The notes beneath the pieces were generated by a model that was given only the letters and a program-made list of their open reading frames with translations, was not told the DNA's origin and did not search any database. 64,000 bases of DNA from the NCBI GenBank assembly GCA_965206075.1, contig CBDBIS010000005.1, positions 1,997,282 to 2,061,281 on the forward strand, read 5' to 3'. The position numbers and the translations under genes are program-made. The DNA comes from Alphaproteobacteria bacterium (GTDB lineage: Bacteria > Pseudomonadota > Alphaproteobacteria > Bin95). Positions 52,150 to 62,655 of this stretch are shown here, piece by piece. Numbering within the stretch: the first letter of the stretch is position 1; every line of letters starts with the position of its first letter.

Positions 52150-52779
52150 TCATGTTTTGTCATGCGGCGGGCCTGCGGCCCTGGCTTTCTGCCTGTCGGG
52201 GCCGGCGTTTCGGGCGCGGTCGAGAGTGCGGGCGAGGGAGGCTTCCGTGCGGCGGTGCTGCCTTTCGCGCCATGCCGTGTATTCGGGCGAGGGCAGCTTG
52301 CCGACGAACTTCCGCCCGCTGACATGGCAGTCGATCGGGCCGCCGAGGCCCCCGCCTATCGTGACCGGCCCGAACCGGCGCTCCATCTTTTCCAGCCACG
52401 CCCGGAACTCCGGCGTCTCCTGGCTGCCGGCCCAGACCTCGCCGCCATAGTGGAACTCGTCCTCGCTGCCGTCATAGTCCGGCACATAAGGGCCGGGCTC
52501 GTCGAACGGGTCGTCGAGACCGTCCCACATTTCCTCTTCGGGTTCCGGCTCCGGTTCGGGCAGGTGTGCGGCGGCCCAGTCGAGCACGGCGAGGAGCTGG
52601 CGGAGATGGCTGAGCCGGGCGCGTCCGGCGCGGTGGCGTTCGGCAAGTGCGCGGTCGTCCTCCGGCGGCGGCCCGGCGCTCACCTCTTCGGCATAGGCTT
52701 CGGCAAGGGCTTCGGCGGCCGGCGCCAGCCCTGCGGCCAGTGTCGCCGCCAGTTGGGGGCGGGGGTCGGTTGCAGTCAT
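52150..52779 (-). CDS. hypothetical acidic Pro/Glu-rich protein (209 aa), intact member of the repeat-module family seen upstream of hsp20
   Basis: Strong RBS caAGGAGGaacc-ATG. Has PEPEPEPEEE acidic tract, EFRAWLEKMERRFGPVTIGGGLGGPIDCHVSGRKF. No recognisable domain. Promoter+leader homologous to 39352-39600. Confidence 0.6.
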   Translation of the reverse strand: MTATDPRPQLAATLAAGLAPAAEALAEAYAEEVSAGPPPEDDRALAERHRAGRARLSHLRQLLAVLDWAAAHLPEPEPEPEEEMWDGLDDPFDEPGPYVPDYDGSEDEFHYGGEVWAGSQETPEFRAWLEKMERRFGPVTIGGGLGGPIDCHVSGRKFVGKLPSPEYTAWRERQHRRTEASLARTLDRARNAGPDRQKARAAGPPHDKT

Positions 52780-52984
52780 GGTTCCTCCTTGCCGGTCCGG
52801 GTCCCTTTGCCGCGCGTATCCTGCGTGCGCGCCTGTGCCCGCCCGCGCGCGTCTTGCGCCGGCGCGGTTCGCACGCCTGATTGCGCGCGCGAGACAGAGG
52901 ACGCACCTCTCCCGCCGGTTTCTCAGGGGTTTTCAGAAAGTGGCGCCGCTCGGCCGCGCAACGCCGGGGAAGCGGCTCCGGATG

Positions 52985-53030
52985 CCCCTTCTCCCACTCC
53001 CATCATACACCGCTTTTCCCAGGGTCAAGC
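52985..53030 (-). promoter_or_regulatory. sigma-70-like promoter CTTGAC-N15-TATGAT for gene 52150..52779
   Basis: On the minus strand: gggCTTGACcctgggaaaagcggtgTATGATggg, ~210 nt upstream of the ATG. Same architecture as 39352-39380. Confidence 0.45.
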
Positions 53031-53186
53031 CCTTAATGGGAACAAAGGAGAAAAATAATGGAAATATTTCATGTTTCGCAGGGGTAGCATCGCGTTCGGC
53101 GCCGGGCCTCCGTCTTCGCGGCGGCGCCGATTGCGGCCCCGGCCGGCTTGCATCCGCTGCGGCGGGGCGGGTATGTTGCCCCGTGT

Positions 53187-53263
53187 CGGAGCGTAGCGCA
53201 GTCTGGTAGCGCATCACACTGGGGGTGTGGGGGTCGCAGGTTCGAATCCTGCCGCTCCGACCA
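53187..53263 (+). tRNA. tRNA-Pro (anticodon GGG)
   Basis: Cloverleaf: acceptor cggagcg/cgctccg, D-arm gcgc-agtctggta-gcgc, anticodon loop cTGGGgg, T-arm gcagg-ttcgaat-cctgc, encoded CCA. Confidence 0.85.
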
Positions 53264-53295
53264 GACGCCGGGCCCGGCTCCCGGAGAGGGCGTCC

Positions 53296-54039
53296 ATGGA
53301 GCCGTTCACGCTTGCCGTCGCCATTGCCGGCCTGTTCCTCGGCGGGCTCGTCAAGGGCGCCATCGGGCTCGGCATGCCGCTCGTCACGATCTCGGTGCTG
53401 GCGGTCGCAATGCCGCTCCGCGAGGCGCTGCCGCTGATCGCGGTTTCGCTCGTCGCCGCGAATGTCTGGCAGATCTGGGCGACCTGGCGCCACCGCCCCG
53501 GCGTCAGGCAATTGCTGAGTCTCGTCCTGCCGCTGATGGCGGCCATCTGGATCGCTTCCGGCTTCATTGCCGAGGGCGACCCCGACCTGCTGAACGCGCT
53601 CGTCGGCCTGGTCGTCATCGCCTATGTCACGGTCTCCTGGACGCGCTGGGAGCCCCGCCTGCCGGAGCGGCTGGAACCGGCGGCCACGCCGCTGGTCGGC
53701 GCGGCGGTCGGCGCCGTGGGCGGCGTCACCGGCGTGTTCGGCCCGCAGCTCGGCGTCTATCTGCTGGCGCTCCGCATGGAGCCGGGCGCCATGGTCGGGC
53801 TGCTCGGCTGGACCCTGCTTGCGGGTTCCGCCACGCTCGCCGCGGCGCTCGCCGGCCACGGCCTGCTCGCGAGCGCCGGGGACTGGGCGCTTTCCGCCGC
53901 GGCCTTCCTGCCTGCGCTTGCCGGCCTCGTCGCCGGCGGCAGGCTGCGCGAGACCATGCCGGTCGGGCGGTTCCGCACGCTCGCCATGACGGGCCTGCTC
54001 CTGCTCGGCATTGCCAACCTGCGCGGTCTCGTGACATGA
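53296..54039 (+). CDS. TauE/SafE-family sulfite/anion exporter membrane protein
   Basis: Duplicated 4-TM units with G-rich motifs (LVKGAIGLGMPLV; GAAVGAVGGVTGVFGP). Confidence 0.8.
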   Translation: MEPFTLAVAIAGLFLGGLVKGAIGLGMPLVTISVLAVAMPLREALPLIAVSLVAANVWQIWATWRHRPGVRQLLSLVLPLMAAIWIASGFIAEGDPDLLNALVGLVVIAYVTVSWTRWEPRLPERLEPAATPLVGAAVGAVGGVTGVFGPQLGVYLLALRMEPGAMVGLLGWTLLAGSATLAAALAGHGLLASAGDWALSAAAFLPALAGLVAGGRLRETMPVGRFRTLAMTGLLLLGIANLRGLVT

Positions 54040-54386
54040 AGGCGCCCATGTCCCGCCCCTGCCTCCTCTACATGACCGCCGGCGACCGCGAGGAAGCGCT
54101 GGCGCTCGCGCGCATGCTGGTCGGCGAGCGGCTCGCGGCCTGCGCCAATGTGCTGGGCGCGGCTACCTCCGTCTATCGCTGGGAAGGCGCGGTGCAGGAA
54201 GAGGGCGAGGTCCTGCTGGTGGCGAAGACCGTGGAGGACCGGGTGGAGGCGGCCGCGCGCCGGGTGCGCGAGGCGCACAGCTATGACAGCCCCTGCGTCG
54301 TGGCGCTTCCGATCTCGGGCGGCGACGCGGACTTCCTCTCCTGGGTGCGGGACGAAGTGCGGAGCCCGGAGGCGGAACAGGCGTAA
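54036..54386 (+). CDS. cutA: divalent-cation tolerance protein CutA
   Basis: CutA1 fold motifs (LAACANV...SVYRWEG...EVLLVAKT...HSYD.PCVVALPI). Overlaps neighbours by 4 nt on both sides. Confidence 0.85.
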   Translation: MKAPMSRPCLLYMTAGDREEALALARMLVGERLAACANVLGAATSVYRWEGAVQEEGEVLLVAKTVEDRVEAAARRVREAHSYDSPCVVALPISGGDADFLSWVRDEVRSPEAEQA

Positions 54387-55633
54387 TGCGGACCGGCCCC
54401 TATCTTTTCCTCTGCTTCGGGCACAGCATCGACCACATCTTCATGCTGCTGTTCATGGCCGTTATCGGCTTTACGGTCGCGCCGTTCTGGGGGCTGACCT
54501 ACGGCGAACTGGCGCTGCTGTTCACGCCGGCGACCGTCATGTTCGGGCTCGGCGGCCCGCTCGCCGGCTGGCTTGCCGATCGCTGGTCCGGCCCCGGCAT
54601 GATGACGGTCTATTTCGTCGGCATGGGGCTGTCCTCCGTGTTCACCGGCTTCGCCGACGGTCCGGTCATGCTGGGCGTCGGCCTCACGCTGGTCGGCATC
54701 TTCGCCTCGATCTACCACCCGGTCGGCATCCCGCTCATCGTGCGCGGCGCAGGCGAAAGACGCGGGCGGCTGCTCGGCATAAACGGCGTGTTCGGCAGCG
54801 CCGGCATGGCGGTGACGCCGATCATCATGAGCGGCCTCTTGGCGGCCGGCGGCTGGCGGGCGGTGTTCATCGTGCCGGGCCTCGTGGCGCTCGCGGTCGG
54901 CGTCGTCTTCCATCTGCGTTTCCGGGAGAGCCTGCCGCTGCGCCGGGCCCGCGCGAGGGCTCCGGCCCCGGGTGCGGGGCGCTGGGCGTTCATGGAGACC
55001 TGGCGGTCCCGGCCGGAAACGGAGCGGCGCGATTTCGTGCGCGCCATGGTCATCCTCGGCATCATCACGGTTGCGACCGGGCTGATCTTCCAGGCGCTCA
55101 CCAATGGCGTGCCCAAGATCGTCAACCACCGGGTTACGACGTTCGGCGACGACATCTTCCTGCTTTCGGCGACGGCCTCCGGCATCCTCGTGGTCAGCGG
55201 GCTGGCGCAGCTGATCGGCGGCGAACTGGCCGACCGCTTCCCGCTGCGCCGGCTCTTCATCGCCGTCTATGCCGGCCTGCCGCCGGCGCTCGCCGCCGCC
55301 GCCTTCGCCTGGGACATGCCGATGGTCGCGATATTCACGCTCGCCACGGCCATCGTTGTCGGCAACCAGCCGATCTCGGACCTCCTGTTCGCCCGCTACA
55401 TGCCGGAGCAGTGGCTTTCCACCGCCTACGGCATCCGGTTCGCGCTCTCGCTCGGCAGCGGCGCCGTCGCGCTGCCTCTGCTGGGTCTCGGTTTCGACCG
55501 TACCGGCGATTTCGCGCTCTTGTTCTATGCGATGGCGGCCGTTGCGGTAGTGGTGGTGCTGGCGGCGTTCAAGCTGCCGGCCGAGGCACCGGCGGACGCC
55601 GCCGCAACCGTCCGGGCGGCGCCGGGCGAATAG
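54386..55633 (+). CDS. MFS transporter
   Basis: 12-TM; GWLADRWSGPG MFS signature. Confidence 0.85.
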   Translation: MRTGPYLFLCFGHSIDHIFMLLFMAVIGFTVAPFWGLTYGELALLFTPATVMFGLGGPLAGWLADRWSGPGMMTVYFVGMGLSSVFTGFADGPVMLGVGLTLVGIFASIYHPVGIPLIVRGAGERRGRLLGINGVFGSAGMAVTPIIMSGLLAAGGWRAVFIVPGLVALAVGVVFHLRFRESLPLRRARARAPAPGAGRWAFMETWRSRPETERRDFVRAMVILGIITVATGLIFQALTNGVPKIVNHRVTTFGDDIFLLSATASGILVVSGLAQLIGGELADRFPLRRLFIAVYAGLPPALAAAAFAWDMPMVAIFTLATAIVVGNQPISDLLFARYMPEQWLSTAYGIRFALSLGSGAVALPLLGLGFDRTGDFALLFYAMAAVAVVVVLAAFKLPAEAPADAAATVRAAPGE

Positions 55634-55638
55634 CGGCC

Positions 55639-56805
55639 GTGGAGCGCACGCAGATCGGGATCGTCGGCGCCGGTCCTGCCGGCCTCATGCTCTCCCACCT
55701 GCTGGCCCGCGCCGGCATCGAGAGCGTGGTGCTGGAGCGCCGCTCGCGCGACTGGATCGAGGCCCGGATACGCGCCGGGCTGCTGGAGCACGGCAGCGTG
55801 GACCTGCTCGAACGCACCGGCCTCGGCGCGCGGATGGCGGAACTTGCGCTTCGCCATCGCGGCATCGAGATTTCCACCGGCGGCCGCCGGCACCATGTCG
55901 ATTTCATGGAGATGACCGGCGGCAAGGGCGTCACCGTCTATGCCCAGCACGAAGTGGTGAAGGACCTGGTGGCGGCGCGGCTGGAGGCCGGCGGCGATAT
56001 CCGCTTCGAGGTCGAGGGTGTGGGGCTCGAAGGCATCGAGGGCAAGGAACCGCGCCTCGTCTGGCCGGGCGGCGCACTCGCCTGCGACTTCATCGCCGGC
56101 TGCGACGGCTATCGCGGCGTCTCGCGCGCCTCGATCCCGGCAGGCGCGCTGACGCTCTTCCACCGGGAGTTCCCCTATGCCTGGCTCGGGCTGCTGGCCG
56201 AAGCGCCGCCCTTCCAGGACGAGCTTGTCTATGCCCGCCACGAGGCCGGTTTCGCGCTTTTCAGCATGCGCTCGCCGGAGCTCACGCGCGCCTATGTGCA
56301 ATGCCGGGCGGACGAGGACCCGGACAAGTGGACGGCGGACGAACTCTGGGACGAACTGGACCGGCGCCTCGGCGTGCAACTCAACCGGGGGCCGGTGCGG
56401 CTCAAGTCGGTGACGCCGATGCGCGCCTTCGTGGCCGAGCCGATGCGCCACGGCCGCCTGTTCCTCGCGGGCGACTCCGCGCATATCGTACCGCCGACCG
56501 GCGCCAAGGGCATGAACCTCGCCTTTGCCGATGTCGTGGCGCTCTCGCGGGCGCTGGCCGGCTACTACCGCGACGGCGACGGGGCGGGCCTCGACGCCTA
56601 TTCCGACACCTGCCTCGCGCGCGTGTGGAAGGTGCAACGCTTCTCCATGTGGATGACGCGCCTGCTGCACCGTGACCCGGCGCATGACGAGTTCGAGCGC
56701 CGCCTGCAGGGAGCGGAGCTCCAATATCTGCTGGGCTCGGACGCGGCGCGCCAAAGCCTCGCCGAAAACTATACCGGCCTGCCGCTGGACCTGAGCGATG
56801 TATAA
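55639..56805 (+). CDS. pobA: 4-hydroxybenzoate 3-monooxygenase
   Basis: GTG start. FAD motif IGIVGAGPAGLMLSHLL, DG..S, and C-terminal GDSAHIVPPTGAKGMNLAFADV. 388 aa, matching PobA length and motifs. Confidence 0.9.
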   Translation: MERTQIGIVGAGPAGLMLSHLLARAGIESVVLERRSRDWIEARIRAGLLEHGSVDLLERTGLGARMAELALRHRGIEISTGGRRHHVDFMEMTGGKGVTVYAQHEVVKDLVAARLEAGGDIRFEVEGVGLEGIEGKEPRLVWPGGALACDFIAGCDGYRGVSRASIPAGALTLFHREFPYAWLGLLAEAPPFQDELVYARHEAGFALFSMRSPELTRAYVQCRADEDPDKWTADELWDELDRRLGVQLNRGPVRLKSVTPMRAFVAEPMRHGRLFLAGDSAHIVPPTGAKGMNLAFADVVALSRALAGYYRDGDGAGLDAYSDTCLARVWKVQRFSMWMTRLLHRDPAHDEFERRLQGAELQYLLGSDAARQSLAENYTGLPLDLSDV

Positions 56806-56874
56806 GAATATCAAATCCTTGACGGCAACAAGATCGGCTGTTATCGCTTTGCCGACTTCGACAGGGGACAACCA

Positions 56875-57228
56875 GTGGCCGCCGACAACCCGGACGCTTC
56901 GCTCAGCGCTTCCGAAATTCGGGAGCTCCGCCGGTTGATCGCCGTCGGTCAGCGCTCCGGCCTTGCCGCCCATCCGCTGGCGGTCACTTTCTCCGGCGTC
57001 TTCGCCGCAGGCTTCCTGGCCCTCTTCGGATGGATGGCCTTCCAGACCCACGCCAACAGCGCCGCCATCGCCGTCCTGCAAACCGATGTCGCCAGGCTGC
57101 AGGCCGACGTGAAAAAGTTGCAAGCCGGGCAGGAAGTGCTGAAGGCCGGGCAGGCGGAGTTGCGGGCCGAAATGCGGGCCGGACTGCAGGAACTGAAAGT
57201 CCTGATTCTGGAACAGAAGCGGCGATAG
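56875..57228 (+). CDS. small membrane-anchored coiled-coil protein of unknown function
   Basis: GTG start. One TM helix (VTFSGVFAAGFLALFGWMAF), then a heptad-like repeat LQTDVARLQADVKKLQAGQEVLKAGQAELRAEMRAGLQELKVL. Confidence 0.5.
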   Translation: MAADNPDASLSASEIRELRRLIAVGQRSGLAAHPLAVTFSGVFAAGFLALFGWMAFQTHANSAAIAVLQTDVARLQADVKKLQAGQEVLKAGQAELRAEMRAGLQELKVLILEQKRR

Positions 57229-57242
57229 CGCCGCCGCCCACC

Positions 57243-57857
57243 CTACTCCGCGTAGAGCCAGGGGCGGGCTATTCGGTCGCTGGCTTCGAAGCTGTCGATG
57301 CTGCCGGCGCGTTCCATGGTCATGCCGATATCGTCGAGGCCGTTCAGCAGGCAGTGCTTGCGGAACGGATCGACCTCGAAGGCGATCTCCTCGCCGTCCG
57401 GCCGGGTAATGACCTGGTTTTCGAGATCGACCGTGATGCGCGCGTTCTCGCCGCGCTGCGCGTCCTCCATCAGCTTGTCGCGGTCCTCCGCCGGCAGCTT
57501 GATCGGCAACAGGCCGTTCTTGAAGCTGTTATTGTAGAAGATGTCGGCGAAGTCGGTGCCGAGAATGGCGCGCACGCCATAGTCGGCCAGCGCCCAAGGC
57601 GCGTGCTCGCGCGACGACCCGCAGCCGAAATTGTCCCCCACCACCAGGATGCTGGCGCCCCGCCAGGCCGGCTGGTTCAGCACGAAGTCCGGGGTCTCGT
57701 TGCCCTCGGAATCGTAGCGCATGTCGTTGAACAGGTGGCGGCCGAGGCCCGCACGCTCGATGGTCCTGAGGAAACGCGCCGGGATGATCTTGTCGGTGTC
57801 GATATTGATCTGCGGCAGCGGCGCGCCGACGCTCGTCACGGTTTCGAATTTCCGCAT
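57243..57857 (-). CDS. leuD: 3-isopropylmalate dehydratase small subunit
   Basis: [26 protein letters not shown]...; LeuD aconitase swivel domain. 204 aa. Confidence 0.93.
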   Translation of the reverse strand: MRKFETVTSVGAPLPQINIDTDKIIPARFLRTIERAGLGRHLFNDMRYDSEGNETPDFVLNQPAWRGASILVVGDNFGCGSSREHAPWALADYGVRAILGTDFADIFYNNSFKNGLLPIKLPAEDRDKLMEDAQRGENARITVDLENQVITRPDGEEIAFEVDPFRKHCLLNGLDDIGMTMERAGSIDSFEASDRIARPWLYAE

Positions 57858-57874
57858 TGGGAGACGCTCCTCTC

Positions 57875-59287
57875 TCAGTCCATCTCGCGCAGGTCGGTCA
57901 GACGGCCAGCGACGGCCGCGGCCGCAGCCATGGCGGGGCTCACCAGGTGGGTGCGCCCGCCGGGACCCTGCCGGCCCTCGAAATTGCGGTTCGAGGTGGA
58001 GGCGCTGCGCTCGCCGGGGGCGAGCCTGTCGTCGTTCATCGCAAGGCACATGGAGCAGCCCGCATCCCGCCACTCGAAGCCGGCCTCGGTGAGGATGCGG
58101 TCGAGCCCCTCCTCCTCCGCCTGCACCTTGACGAGGCCCGAGCCCGGGACCACGAGCGCGCGCACGCTGTCCGCGACCTTGCGCCCCTGGGCGACGGCGG
58201 CCGCCGCGCGGATGTCCTCGATGCGCCCGTTGGTGCAAGAGCCGATGAACACCGTGTCGATGGCGATCTCCTGCAGCGGCTGGCCGGCGCTGAGCCCCAT
58301 ATAGTCGATCGACCGCTGCACGGCCTGCCGGCGGTTCTCGTCGTCGATGTCGGCCGGGTCCGGCACACTCGCCGTGATCGGCAGCGCGTCCTGCGGGCTC
58401 GTGCCCCAGGTGACATAGGGCGCGATCTCGTCGGCCGGGATGCGCACGACCTTGTCGTAGACCGCGCCCGGATCGGAGGGCAGGCGCTTCCAGACCGCGA
58501 CCGCGGCGTCCCAGGCCGCGCCCTTGGGCGCATGCGGGCGGCCCTTCAGATAGCCGAATGTGGTGTCGTCGGGCGCGATCAGCCCGGCGCGGGCGCCCGC
58601 CTCGATCGACATGTTGCAGACCGTCATCCGCCCTTCCATGGAGAGGTCGCGGATCGCCTGCCCCGTATATTCGATCACATGGCCTGTGCCGCCGGCCGTG
58701 CCGATGCGGCCGATGACGGCGAGGATCAGGTCCTTGGCGGTGCAGCCGGGCGGCAGCGCGCCTTCGATGTCCACCTGCATGTTGCGCGCCGGGCGCTGGA
58801 TCAGCGTCTGCGTCGCCAGCACATGCTCGACCTCGGAGGTGCCGATGCCGAAGGCGAGCGCCCCGAAGGCGCCGTGGGTGGAAGTGTGGCTGTCGCCGCA
58901 GACCACCGTGGTGCCGGGCTGGGTCATGCCCTGCTCCGGTCCGATGATGTGCACGATGCCCTGGCGGACGTCCTCTATCGGGTAGTAGGGCACGCCGAAC
59001 TCGACGACATTGCGCTCCAGCGTCTCGACCTGGACGCGCGATTCCTCGTTCTCGATGACGCCGGCCCGGGCGCCCGGCACGGTCGGGATGTTGTGGTCGG
59101 CGACCGCGATGGTTGCGTCCGGCCGGCGCACGCCGCGCCCGGCCGCCCGCAGTCCGGCGAAGGCTTGCGGGCTCGTGACCTCATGTACCAGGTGGCGGTC
59201 GATATAGATCAGGCAGGTGCCGTCCTCCTGCGTGTCGACCAGATGGTTCGCCCAGATCTTGTCGAAAAGGGTGCGGGGTTCAGTCAT
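57875..59287 (-). CDS. leuC: 3-isopropylmalate dehydratase large subunit
   Basis: [17 protein letters not shown]...; aconitase-family Cys ligands ([20 protein letters not shown]). 470 aa. Confidence 0.95.
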   Translation of the reverse strand: MTEPRTLFDKIWANHLVDTQEDGTCLIYIDRHLVHEVTSPQAFAGLRAAGRGVRRPDATIAVADHNIPTVPGARAGVIENEESRVQVETLERNVVEFGVPYYPIEDVRQGIVHIIGPEQGMTQPGTTVVCGDSHTSTHGAFGALAFGIGTSEVEHVLATQTLIQRPARNMQVDIEGALPPGCTAKDLILAVIGRIGTAGGTGHVIEYTGQAIRDLSMEGRMTVCNMSIEAGARAGLIAPDDTTFGYLKGRPHAPKGAAWDAAVAVWKRLPSDPGAVYDKVVRIPADEIAPYVTWGTSPQDALPITASVPDPADIDDENRRQAVQRSIDYMGLSAGQPLQEIAIDTVFIGSCTNGRIEDIRAAAAVAQGRKVADSVRALVVPGSGLVKVQAEEEGLDRILTEAGFEWRDAGCSMCLAMNDDRLAPGERSASTSNRNFEGRQGPGGRTHLVSPAMAAAAAVAGRLTDLREMD

Positions 59288-59690
59288 TGCCCTCGGTCCC
59301 GTTCTTGCGTTTCGTCTTTCTCACCACGCCGCGAGTGCGTTCGGCGATGCGCGCCGACCGCCCGCGCCGCGCGCGCAGATAGTACAGCTTGGCCCGGCGC
59401 ACGCGCCCGCGCCGGATCACCTCGATGCCGGCGATATTGGGCGAATAGAGCGGGAAGATGCGCTCGACGCCTTCGCCGGAGGAAATCTTGCGCACGATGA
59501 AGGAGGCGTTGAGATTCTTGCCGTCGCGCCGCGCGATCACCACGCCTTCATAGGCCTGGATGCGCTCGCGGGTACCCTCGACCACCTTGTAGTTGACCCG
59601 CACCGTGTCGCCCGGGCGGAAATCGGGAATCTCGCGGCCCTCGGTGAGCCGCTCGATCTGTTCGCGTTCCAGCGTCTCGATGATGTTCAT
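59280..59690 (-). CDS. rplS: 50S ribosomal protein L19
   Basis: [55 protein letters not shown]... with a basic C-terminal tail. Confidence 0.93.
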   Translation of the reverse strand: MNIIETLEREQIERLTEGREIPDFRPGDTVRVNYKVVEGTRERIQAYEGVVIARRDGKNLNASFIVRKISSGEGVERIFPLYSPNIAGIEVIRRGRVRRAKLYYLRARRGRSARIAERTRGVVRKTKRKNGTEGND

Positions 59691-60391
59691 CGGCTTCGGT
59701 CCTCGTTCTCCGCCCGGCGCGCCCAAAGGTCCGGCCGCCGCGTCCGCGTTATGTCTTCCGCCCGCTCCTGACGCCAGGCGCGGATATTGCAGTGATGGCC
59801 CGAAAGCAAGACCTTCGGCGCCGCACGCCCGGCCCAGACCGCCGGGCGCGTATAGTGCGGGTATTCCAGCAACCCGCCCTCGAAACTCTCCTCCCGGACC
59901 GACTGCTCCTTCCCCGCAACGCCCGGCAGCAGCCGCACGCAGGCGTCCAGCAGGGCCATCGCCGCCGGCTCGCCGCCGGACAGCACGAAGTCCCCGAGGC
60001 TCACCTCCTCCGGCGCCCAGGCGTCGAGGAGGCGCTGGTCGATCCCCTCGTAACGCCCGCAGAGCAGGGTCGGACCCGGTCCTTCCGCCAGTGCCGCCGC
60101 CCGGCGCTGCGTGAGCGGCCGGCCGCGCGGCGAGAGGTGGACCAGCGGACCCCGCCGGTCCCAGGCGGCGTGGATCGCGTCCGACACCACGTCCGCCCGC
60201 ATGACCATGCCGGCGCCCCCGCCGAACGGCGTGTCGTCCACGGAGGCGTGCTTATCGCGCGCGAAGCCGCGAATGTCCACCACCTCGAGTTGCCACACGC
60301 CCGCCTCCAGCGCCCGCCCGGCCAGCGAATGGCCGAGCGGGCCCGGAAACATCTCCGGGAAGAGCGTCAGCACTGTCGCAGACCAGGTCAC
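59687..60391 (-). CDS. trmD: tRNA (guanine37-N1)-methyltransferase
   Basis: SPOUT knot motifs [24 protein letters not shown]. Confidence 0.93.
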   Translation of the reverse strand: MTWSATVLTLFPEMFPGPLGHSLAGRALEAGVWQLEVVDIRGFARDKHASVDDTPFGGGAGMVMRADVVSDAIHAAWDRRGPLVHLSPRGRPLTQRRAAALAEGPGPTLLCGRYEGIDQRLLDAWAPEEVSLGDFVLSGGEPAAMALLDACVRLLPGVAGKEQSVREESFEGGLLEYPHYTRPAVWAGRAAPKVLLSGHHCNIRAWRQERAEDITRTRRPDLWARRAENEDRSR

Positions 60392-60894
60392 AGCCCCTCC
60401 GGCGGGTCGATGGTGACGGTGCGGGCGGCGAGGTCGATTGCCGGCACGGCCTCGCGGGTGAAGGGAAAGACACGGGGCCGGCCGCCCTCGTCGGGCAGGA
60501 TCTCGATCAGGTCGCCGGCGCCGAAATCGTGGAGCGCGCGCACCGTGCCGAGTCGTGCGCCGTTCGTGTCGAGCGCGGCGAGGCCGACAAGGTCCGCATG
60601 GTAGAACTCTTCCTCGTCCTCCGCGGGGGGCAGCGCCGCGCGGTCGAGGAACAGCTCGACGCCCTTGAGCGCCTCGGCCTCGGTCCGGTCCTCTATGCCT
60701 TCGATCTGCACGATCGCCGCGCCTTTATCGACCCTCGTCAGGCGAAGCGCGAACCGCCGGGTGCCGGCGGCATCCTTCAGCGGTCCGTAGTCGGCAATCG
60801 CCTCGGGCGCGGCGGTGAAGGTCTTGACCCTGACCGCGCCGCGCAGCCCATGCGCGCCGGCAACGACGCCGAGACAAAGGCGGGAGCCGTCCAT
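60388..60894 (-). CDS. rimM: 16S rRNA processing protein RimM
   Basis: RimM N-terminal domain [19 protein letters not shown]; PRC-barrel C-terminus. Sits between trmD and rpsP. Confidence 0.9.
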   Translation of the reverse strand: MDGSRLCLGVVAGAHGLRGAVRVKTFTAAPEAIADYGPLKDAAGTRRFALRLTRVDKGAAIVQIEGIEDRTEAEALKGVELFLDRAALPPAEDEEEFYHADLVGLAALDTNGARLGTVRALHDFGAGDLIEILPDEGGRPRVFPFTREAVPAIDLAARTVTIDPPEGL

Positions 60895-60915
60895 CTGCCC
60901 GTCGTCCCGTCCGGC

Positions 60916-61263
60916 CTATTCCGCCGCCGCGGCCTCGGCCTTGGCCTTCATGCGCTCCTGCGCCTTGGCCTTGGGCAGATGCTGCCTGGTCTGCTGCGGC
61001 ACCTCGGGCGGAGCGAGGATGCCGGCCGCGCCGAGGAACCGGGCCACGCGCTCGGAAGGCGTCGCGCCCATCGACAGCCAGTGCCGGATGCGCTCCTCCT
61101 TCAGGCGAAGCCGGTCCTCATGGTCCTTTGGCATCATCGGGTTGTAGAAGCCGAGGATCTCGATGAAGCGCCCGTCGCGGGGCGCGGAGCCCTCGGCGAC
61201 GACGATCCGGTAGAAGGGCCGGCGCTTGGCGCCGCCGCGGGCGAGACGAATTCTGAGTGCCAT
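60916..61263 (-). CDS. rpsP: 30S ribosomal protein S16
   Basis: [42 protein letters not shown]. Confidence 0.93.
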   Translation of the reverse strand: MALRIRLARGGAKRRPFYRIVVAEGSAPRDGRFIEILGFYNPMMPKDHEDRLRLKEERIRHWLSMGATPSERVARFLGAAGILAPPEVPQQTRQHLPKAKAQERMKAKAEAAAAE

Positions 61264-61299
61264 GAGCTTTCCGTTCGGTGGGAGAGGGGGTAAGCGGGC

Positions 61300-62655
61300 T
61301 CAGCGCCGGGCCATCAGGGCATCGAGGCCCCGGCCCGCCAGGCCGCCGCGTTTCTCCAGCTTGCCGACGCGCTTCATCATCGTCTGCATCTGCTGGAATT
61401 GCTTGAGCATCCGGTTCACGTCCTGCACCGAGGCGCCCGCGCCGGCCGCGATGCGCCGCTTGCGCGATGCCTTGACGATCTCCGGCCGGGCGCGCTCGCG
61501 GAGGGTCATCGAAAGGATGATCGCCTCCTGGCGCACGAGCCATTTTTCGTCGATTTTCGCCTTCGCCATTTCGGCCTTCATCCGGCCGACCTGCGGCAGC
61601 ATGCCCATCAGCCCGCCAAGCCCGCCCATCTTCTTCATCTGGCGGAGTTGGGTCAGCAGGTCGTTCAGGTCCATGCGCCCGCGGCTGAGGCGCGCGGCGA
61701 GCTTCTCGGCCTCTTCCTGTTCGATGGTCTCGGCCGCGCGCTCGACGAGCCCGACGACATCCCCCATGCCGAGAATGCGCGACGCGATCCGGTCGGGGTG
61801 GAAGACCTCGATGCGGTCGAGCTGCTCGCCGGTGCCGACGAACTTGATCGGCCGGCCGGTGACATGGCGCATGGAGAGCGCCGCGCCGCCGCGCGCATCG
61901 CCGTCGATCCGGGTCAGCACGATGCCGGTGACGCCGACCTCCTCGTTGAAGGCGCGCGCCGTATTCACGGCGTCCTGGCCGGTCATCGCATCGGCGACCA
62001 GCAGCGACTCCACCGGCTTCACCAGGTCGCGGAGCGCGGCGGCTTCCTCCATCATCTCGCGGTCTATGGCGAGGCGTCCGGCGGTGTCGATGAAGACGAT
62101 GTCGTAGCCTTCGCGCGCGGCGATGCGCATGGCGCGCCGGGCGATGGCGGGCGGCCGCTCGCCGAAGACGATGGGCAGCGTGTCGATCCCGGCCTGCCTG
62201 CCGAGCAGTTCGAGCTGCTGCTGGGCCGCGGGGCGATAGATGTCCACCGACGCCATGAGGACCTTCTTGCCGTCCCGGTCGGTGAGGCGGCGGGCGAGCT
62301 TCGCGGTCGTCGTCGTCTTGCCGGAGCCCTGGAGGCCCAGCATCAGCATGGCGAGCGGCGGGTTGCCGCCGAGGCGCAGCTCCTCGGCCTCGCCGCCCAG
62401 CATCTCGACCATGCGGTCATGGACGATCTTGACGACCTGCTGGCCGGGCCCGACCGAGCGCAGCACTTCCTGTCCGACCGCCCGGTTCTTCACCGAGTCG
62501 ACAAGGGCGCGCACGGCAGGCAGCGCCGCGTCGGCCTCCAGCAGCGCCACGCGCACCTCGCGTAGCGCCGCCTCGACATCGCCCGCGGAAAGCGAGCCGC
62601 GCCGGGTGAGGCGTCCGAAGACCTCGCCGAGCCGCTCCGTCAGTCCTTCGAACAT
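61300..62655 (-). CDS. ffh: signal recognition particle protein Ffh
   Basis: NG domain GLQGSGKTTTTAKLA, DTAGR, and Met-rich M domain (MKKMGGLGGLMGMLPQ). Confidence 0.95.
   Translation of the reverse strand: MFEGLTERLGEVFGRLTRRGSLSAGDVEAALREVRVALLEADAALPAVRALVDSVKNRAVGQEVLRSVGPGQQVVKIVHDRMVEMLGGEAEELRLGGNPPLAMLMLGLQGSGKTTTTAKLARRLTDRDGKKVLMASVDIYRPAAQQQLELLGRQAGIDTLPIVFGERPPAIARRAMRIAAREGYDIVFIDTAGRLAIDREMMEEAAALRDLVKPVESLLVADAMTGQDAVNTARAFNEEVGVTGIVLTRIDGDARGGAALSMRHVTGRPIKFVGTGEQLDRIEVFHPDRIASRILGMGDVVGLVERAAETIEQEEAEKLAARLSRGRMDLNDLLTQLRQMKKMGGLGGLMGMLPQVGRMKAEMAKAKIDEKWLVRQEAIILSMTLRERARPEIVKASRKRRIAAGAGASVQDVNRMLKQFQQMQTMMKRVGKLEKRGGLAGRGLDALMARR

Noticed and set aside
54148-56805. 885-aa ORF fusing the MFS region with pobA
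   Set aside because: Only the C-terminal 388 aa (from the GTG at 55639) is PobA. The upstream part is the alternate frame of the MFS gene with Arg/Pro-rich nonsense.
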